Shown piece by piece: positions 61,782-64,000 of a DNA stretch of 64,000 bases. The DNA comes from an uncultured delta proteobacterium (lineage in GTDB: Bacteria; Myxococcota_A; Polyangia; Fen-1088), in assembly GCA_963796685.1 (NCBI GenBank), contig CAWCMR010000008.1, positions 384,001-448,000 on the forward strand, given 5' to 3'. Numbering within the stretch: position 1 is the stretch's first letter; every line of letters starts with the position of its first letter. Position numbers and translations under genes: made by a program. A model generated the notes under the pieces. That model made no database searches. It saw nothing but the letters and a program-made list of their open reading frames with translations, and was not told the DNA's origin.

Positions 61782-62780
61782 CTATCCGGAACTGCTCCAG
61801 GGCGAGGACTCGGCAACCACCTCGGCGACCAGCGGGGCGGCACCGTGCTGAACCTGAACCGGGGCGCCGATCGGAACCGCGCTGGCGAGGATGGCCAGCG
61901 CCACCGGGCGCTCGTCGGGAAGGCAGCCCACGCTGGTGAGCTGGCCTGCGATGGGCAGCTCCGCGGTGGCGATCTTGTCGCCTGGCACCGGCATTGCCCC
62001 CGCGGCCAGCCGCAACAGCACCAGCCGCTTGCGAATGATCCCGCGGTCGCGCATGCGCACGATGGTTTCCTGACCGACGTAGCAGCCCTTGCCATGATCG
62101 ATGGCGAGGCCAAGGCCAACCTCGACGGGAAATCGGTCGGGGGCGATTTCGTTGCCGGGTTTGGGCTCGAGTGCCGAGATGCGCAGCGCCTCGGCGATCT
62201 CGGGTTCGAGCCGGGGCGTGCCCTGGGCGAGTAAGGCCGCCAGCAAGGCCTCGCGCGCCGGCCGGCTCGAGACCACGCACAGGCCCTCGGCGCCGGAGGC
62301 GTGGCCGTGCGCGATCCAAAGCGGACCGAACGTCTCGCTGGCCACGTCGACGTGGTCGTAGAGCGGTGACTCCAGCAAGGATGGCAGCCCCGTCACCCCC
62401 ACCGCCGCCAACGCGGCCTCGGCCCGCGGTCCGAGAATCGCCAGGGTCGCGAGCTCCGGCTCTGGAACAATCTGGAAATCATCCATGACCGCAAACTTGG
62501 ACAGGCCCGCCACCACATCGGCCCCTTGACCCGCCGCAGCGATCAGACGGATGCTCTTGGCACGCACGAAGGCGAGCAGGCTGGCGAGCACCCGGCCGCG
62601 CACGTCGAGCAGCAAGGTGCGGCTGCCCTGCCCCGGCGATTTCCCGGCGATGGTTCCCGAGGTGATCCGGTGCAGAAAGGCGGCTCGATCGTTGCCCGTG
62701 GCGCGAAGGACATCGTGGCCCGCGCCAGGGGCCACGACCGCGGATTCGCGGAGAGCCCGCAAGCTTGTCACGTCAGCCAT
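61782..62780 (-). CDS. ygfZ: Folate-binding protein YgfZ/GcvT family
   Basis: GNDRAAFLH, KGCYVGQE motif. Confidence 0.88.
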   Translation of the reverse strand: MADVTSLRALRESAVVAPGAGHDVLRATGNDRAAFLHRITSGTIAGKSPGQGSRTLLLDVRGRVLASLLAFVRAKSIRLIAAAGQGADVVAGLSKFAVMDDFQIVPEPELATLAILGPRAEAALAAVGVTGLPSLLESPLYDHVDVASETFGPLWIAHGHASGAEGLCVVSSRPAREALLAALLAQGTPRLEPEIAEALRISALEPKPGNEIAPDRFPVEVGLGLAIDHGKGCYVGQETIVRMRDRGIIRKRLVLLRLAAGAMPVPGDKIATAELPIAGQLTSVGCLPDERPVALAILASAVPIGAPVQVQHGAAPLVAEVVAESSPWSSSG

Positions 62781-63312
62781 CGCTCTTTCTCTCCCTTGTT
62801 CTCTTGGTTGGATGCGCCGGACGGCGCGCGAGATGCGCGCGTTCGCGCAGGCGTTCGGCTCGCCGCTTGGCGGCCTGGCGGAAACGACGGCGCTCGGAGG
62901 CGGTTTCAGTGACGAGCGTCGGAACCGGCCGCGGCTGGCCGTTCTCGTCGATGGCGACGAAGGTGAGGAAGGCATGCGTGGTGATGGCACGCTCGCCGGT
63001 CCACGGGTTTTCGGTCAGGACTTCCACCTCGACCTCCATCGAGGTGTGGGCCGCGTAGCTGACCTCGGCGCGCACGATGACGAATTCCTCCACACGCGCG
63101 GGACGCAGAAAGTGCAGCCGGTCCATGGACGCCGTCACCACCGGTCCTCGGGCATGGCGAGCGGCCGCGATGGCCGCCGCGACATCGATCCACTGCATCA
63201 CGATGCCCCCGAAGAGCGTCCCCATGGCATTGGTGTGTCCCGGCAACACCGCCTGGGCCGTTTCGACGCGGGTTGCAGCCACGGTATGCCTCTTCTCGAC
63301 CTGCCTTTTCAT
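62773..63312 (-). CDS. Acyl-CoA thioesterase (hotdog fold)
   Basis: VLPGHTNAMGTLFGG..MQWID, VVTASMD, TSMEV, TFVAID..G.P. Confidence 0.92.
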   Translation of the reverse strand: MKRQVEKRHTVAATRVETAQAVLPGHTNAMGTLFGGIVMQWIDVAAAIAAARHARGPVVTASMDRLHFLRPARVEEFVIVRAEVSYAAHTSMEVEVEVLTENPWTGERAITTHAFLTFVAIDENGQPRPVPTLVTETASERRRFRQAAKRRAERLRERAHLARRPAHPTKRTRERKSDG

Positions 63313-63374
63313 TCGTGGATTGCGGTATCATGCGCTTCCTCGCGGGTCAAACCAGAAAGGCCCCGCCACGCACC

Positions 63375-64000
63375 ATGATCAAAACCAAGCGGTACCCGAT
63401 TTTCATCGTTGTTCTGTTGCTTCCCACCGTGGCCAGTGCCAGAGCGTACAAGCTCGACGAAATCCTCGATCTGGCGAGAAAGGGCAATCCCGGCCTGGCG
63501 GCCGGCGAACAGGCCACCGCGGGCATCGAAGCCCAGCTCCTCGAAGCCAAGCGCAGCTGGATGCCCACGGGCGAGCTCAACTCGCTCTTGTCCCAGGCGC
63601 CACGCATCAGCTGCACTGGCGTACAGGGGGCGACAGGTACCGACGGAAAACCGTTCACAAGTGGCGAACAGAACTGCGTGGAAACGCAATCCATCGGGAC
63701 CAACTCATCGGGGTTCCTCAACGCCATTACGCCAGCGGGTGTCTTCACTCGCACCGAGCTCAAGGTCGTGCAACCCATCTATACCTTCGGCAAGCTCTCC
63801 GCCGGCGTGGCGGCCGCCGAATCGGGCGTGAAGGCTTCCCAGAGCCGGCAGTTCGGGCTGGTGGCGGATCTCGACCTCAACGTGCGCAGGGCCTATTGGG
63901 GGGCCAAGCTGGCCACGGAGATCCTTGCCACGCTCAAGGAAGCCAGCGGGTATCTCGACAAGGCCCAGAAGAAGGTGGAGGACGACCTCGCCGAGGGGAC
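63375..64000 (+). CDS. TolC family outer membrane protein (partial, runs off the window)
   Basis: Manual translation: signal peptide MIKTKRYPIFIVVLLLPTVASA, LDEILDLARKGNP, QPIYTFGKL, VRRAYWG. Confidence 0.8.
   Translation, partial: MIKTKRYPIFIVVLLLPTVASARAYKLDEILDLARKGNPGLAAGEQATAGIEAQLLEAKRSWMPTGELNSLLSQAPRISCTGVQGATGTDGKPFTSGEQNCVETQSIGTNSSGFLNAITPAGVFTRTELKVVQPIYTFGKLSAGVAAAESGVKASQSRQFGLVADLDLNVRRAYWGAKLATEILATLKEASGYLDKAQKKVEDDLAEG

Overview
GC-rich bacterial chromosomal segment, most likely a myxobacterium (Polyangia-like), inferred from a MYXO-CTERM tail, Gly-rich and Cys-rich lipoproteins, a Uma2 gene and a myxobacterial-type LexA box. Housekeeping genes include pepN-like M1 peptidase, lon, recA, cinA, a PP2C phosphatase, dedA, ccmF, pcnB, queC, a pgsA-like gene, a CNNM/CBS protein, ygfZ-like and tolC-like genes. 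Two accessory blocks interrupt them. Block one (~24.4-38.4 kb) has two mirror-image 'TPR-like protein + Cys-rich lipoprotein' cassettes (one split by a complete ISL3), a PPIase/HupE pair, two surface carbohydrate esterases and an AraC regulator. Block two (~46.7-60.4 kb) has an AraC, an SGNH lipoprotein, two CBM-like lipoproteins, two tandem 'ECF sigma / FecR-TPR anti-sigma / small OM barrel' cassettes and an lsrF + aldolase-SDR pair. The strongest unannotated signal is an exact motif, TGAGCCG-N17-ACACT, found five times, always intergenic and in sense orientation. It lies upstream of both ECF sigma genes, the SGNH gene, the deacetylase/esterase operon and one AraC gene, suggesting a surface-signalling regulon for polysaccharide de-esterification with no TonB-dependent transducer in the window. 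Also present: two ~165-bp MITE-like elements sharing a 54-nt core, a CC1-like chromatin protein with an H1-like tail, an SOS promoter for cinA-recA, and four +1 frameshifts that may be sequencing errors. No rRNA, tRNA or CRISPR array was seen. All product calls come from motif recognition by eye; no database searches were run.
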